DNA of 63,229 nucleotides, counting the filler, from Chiloscyllium plagiosum (taxonomy: Eukaryota), in NCBI RefSeq assembly GCF_004010195.1. It is 5 parts of one record of this genome, joined end to end, with 100 filler letters (N's around TTAATTAATTAA, not from the genome) between each part and the next. Parts side by side here need not be neighbours in the genome. Positions count along the whole stretch, not along the records: positions 60,780 to 63,229 come from NC_057714.1; 4 more parts are not named here. The stretch is one strand, 5' to 3'. The notes under the pieces are model-generated. The model made no database searches, had not been told where the DNA came from, and saw only the letters and a program-made list of their open reading frames with translations. Of this stretch, positions 60,780 through 63,229 are shown one piece after another. Each line of letters begins with the position of its first letter. Position 1 is the stretch's first letter. The position numbers and the translations under genes are program-made.

Positions 60780-63229
60780 CAAACGTCTGAATGCATTGTA
60801 TCAGGCAAGGCACTGAGACTGCTGGATTTGTCAAGAAAATTAGAACATCATCTGCATACAGCGAGATCTTATGTAACTTTGACCCCACTTCTGGAGCTGA
60901 TATATTGAGATGTCCACGAATGGCCTCTGCCAGCAGTTCAATCACCAACGTAAAATGTAATGGTGAAAGGGGACAGCCCTGCCGGCTGCCCCTAGAAATA
61001 TTAAAATTGCTTGATCGTACACCGTTGGTAATGACCGCAGCGCGAGGTACACTGTACAGAACCTTTACCCATCTTATGAAAACTTCACCCAGACCAAACT
61101 GGTCTAGAGTATAGAAAAGGTACGGCCACTCAACTCGGTCAAATGCCTTCTCTGCATCTAAAGAAATCACCAATCCCTGTATTGAATGCTGTTGGCATGC
61201 TTGAATTATGTTAAGCAGCCTCCTAACGTTATTGGAGGATCTGCAACTCTTTATGAAGCCCGTCTGATCCTCTTTAATAATAGAGGGTTACACAGTCTCC
61301 AGCCTTAACGCAAGAGCCGTAGAGAGGATCTTAAAGTTCACATTTAAGAGCGAGATGGGCCTGTATGAAGCGCAGTCTTCCAGATCCTTCCCTTTTTTAA
61401 GGACAAGTGAAATATTGGCCTCTGTCAGTGATGGTGGGAGACAAAGATGACTGTATGAACCATTAAACATATTCAGCATCGGGCCTGACAGTATACATAT
61501 AAATTCCTTATAGAATTCACTGGGAGGTCCATCTGAACTGGCGCCTTTCCACTCTGAAGCTGCCTCACAGCTTCCTGCACTTCTTGCTCTGATAATGGGG
61601 CGGAGCTTCAGATCTCTAAAAAAGGATTCCATTTTGGCCTGCCCCTCCTCACAATTTGCAGACTGATATAACTGAGAGTAGAATCACTGGAACGCCACAT
61701 TAATCTTTTTAGAATCACATGTTAGGTTCCCAGACCCTTCCCTAATCGCAGTAATGGTTTGTGGGGCACTTCTCTTCCTGGCAAGATATGCTAAGTATTT
61801 GCCTGGCTTGTCACCATGCTCGTATAACCTTTGCTTTGCAAAAGCCAGCTCCTTCTTTGCCGTCTGCGTGACCGCAGTGCCGTAATCCTCTGTAGTTTGA
61901 CCAACGAGGGTCTGTCAAAATAAGCCTTCTCGGCTACCTTCAACCGTGCTTCAAGGAGACGCTGCTGCTCACCCTTCTGCTGCTTCCTCCTTGTGGAATA
62001 TGAAATAACTAACCCTCTGGCATAAGCTTTGGCAGTTTCCCATAGAACAGATAAGCTATTAACCGAGCCTATGTAGATGTCTAGGAATGCCCGAAATTCC
62101 CGAGAGAAATACTCCACAAACTTGCTGTCCATGAGAATAAAGGAGTCCATTTGCCAGTACCTTGAATCCACTGTAACACCCTTAATTTTAACCATGAGGT
62201 ACACTGGACCATGATCAGAGATGGCAATATTACCAACCGTACAGGATGCCACCAGATCCAGGGTTACCGCAGGGGTCAGAAAAAAATCAATCCTCGTGTG
62301 ACATCTATGTGGATTGGAGAAAAATGTGAAATCCCTACCTGTAGGGTGGAGACACCTCCAGACGTCCACCAACCCTAATTCCCCACACAGACCCAATAAC
62401 TGTTTAGTCTGTACAGAGGGTATTGAGGGACCTTTAGGCAACCAGTCTACTGTGGGGTCCATGAGGCAGTTTAAATCTCCCCCTATAATGATGTGCTGAG
62501 ACTTGAGACTTATCAGTTTAGAAAAAGCATCTACCAAGAATTTAAGAGGATGAGCTGGGGGACAATAAACATTTAAAATGCCATATTCTTCCCCATTTAT
62601 CAAGGCTTTAAGAATTACAAACCTCCCATATGTGTCTTTAACACATTCCAACAATTCAAATGAGAGATTTTTCATTACCAATATAGACACTCCCCTACTT
62701 CTGGTATTGTGGGCGGCACGGTGGCTCAGTGGTTAGCACTGCTGCCTCACAGCGCCAGAGACCCGGGTTCAATTCCCAACTCAGGCGACTGACTGTGTGG
62801 AGTTTGCACATTCTCCCCGTGTCTGCGTGGGTTTCCTCCGGGTGCTCCGGTTTCCTCCCACAATCCAAAGATGTGCAGGTCAGGTGAATTGGCCATGCTA
62901 AATTGCCCTGTAGTGTTAGGTAAAGGGGTAAATGTAGGGGAATGAGTGGGTTGCACTTCGGCAGGTCGGTGTGGACTTGTTGGGCAGAAGGGCCTGTTTC
63001 CATACTGTAAGTAATCTATTCTAAAAGTAATCTAATCTAAAAAAAAATGAAAAATAAACTTGGTCAAAGCCATTCTGCTGTAATTCCTGTTTCCATACTG
63101 TAAGTAATCTATTCTAAAAGTAATCTAATCTAAAAAAAAATGAAAAATAAACTTGGTCAAAGCCATTCTGCTGTAATTTCAGATGCTCCTTGTCATCCAA
63201 ATGTGTCTCCTGTAACAAAGCAATATCCA
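60780..63229 (-). mobile_element. L1 ORF2 (APE endonuclease plus RT), frameshifted and interrupted by an HE1 SINE
   Basis: LLQETH, GRFVIL, NVYCP, GGDLN, TRIDFF, SDH, YRPISLLN, SLDAEKAFDRVEW, RQGCPLSP, LYADD. Confidence 0.93.
62711..63040 (+). mobile_element. HE1-type SINE inserted in the L1 endonuclease domain
   Basis: GGGCGGCACGGTGGCTCAGTGGTTAGC head and (AATCT) tail. Confidence 0.9.

Overview
Shark (elasmobranch) genomic DNA, judged from HE1-type SINEs and dense CR1/HER1-like LINEs. It is four to five contigs joined by artificial 100-nt N/TTAATTAATTAA/N spacers. The only host gene I can support is the 5' part of KAT2B (PCAF histone acetyltransferase): a CpG-island exon 1 (CDS 8686-9006), exon 2 (14601-14727) and exon 3 (17572-17717). 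No exon 4 was found in the remaining ~45 kb. The rest is transposon-derived: CR1/HER1 and L2-like LINEs, a young L1 (intact ORF1, and a separate broken ORF2), a Tx1-like 3' end, RTE remnants, Penelope-like (GIY-YIG) elements, PIF/Harbinger transposase and Myb fossils, a Tigger/MER44-like MITE, a solo LTR and a 5S rRNA pseudogene. The most interesting signal is a set of about a dozen short Penelope-derived repeats from at least four sequence families. All carry a minimal type I hammerhead ribozyme (CUGAnGA + 1 extra nt + stem II + GAAA + palindromic stem III + NUH) with covarying stems. Several are self-contained fold-back units with their own target-site duplications, including a perfect 88-bp palindrome at 24458-24635. 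Repeat boundaries were read by eye and are approximate.
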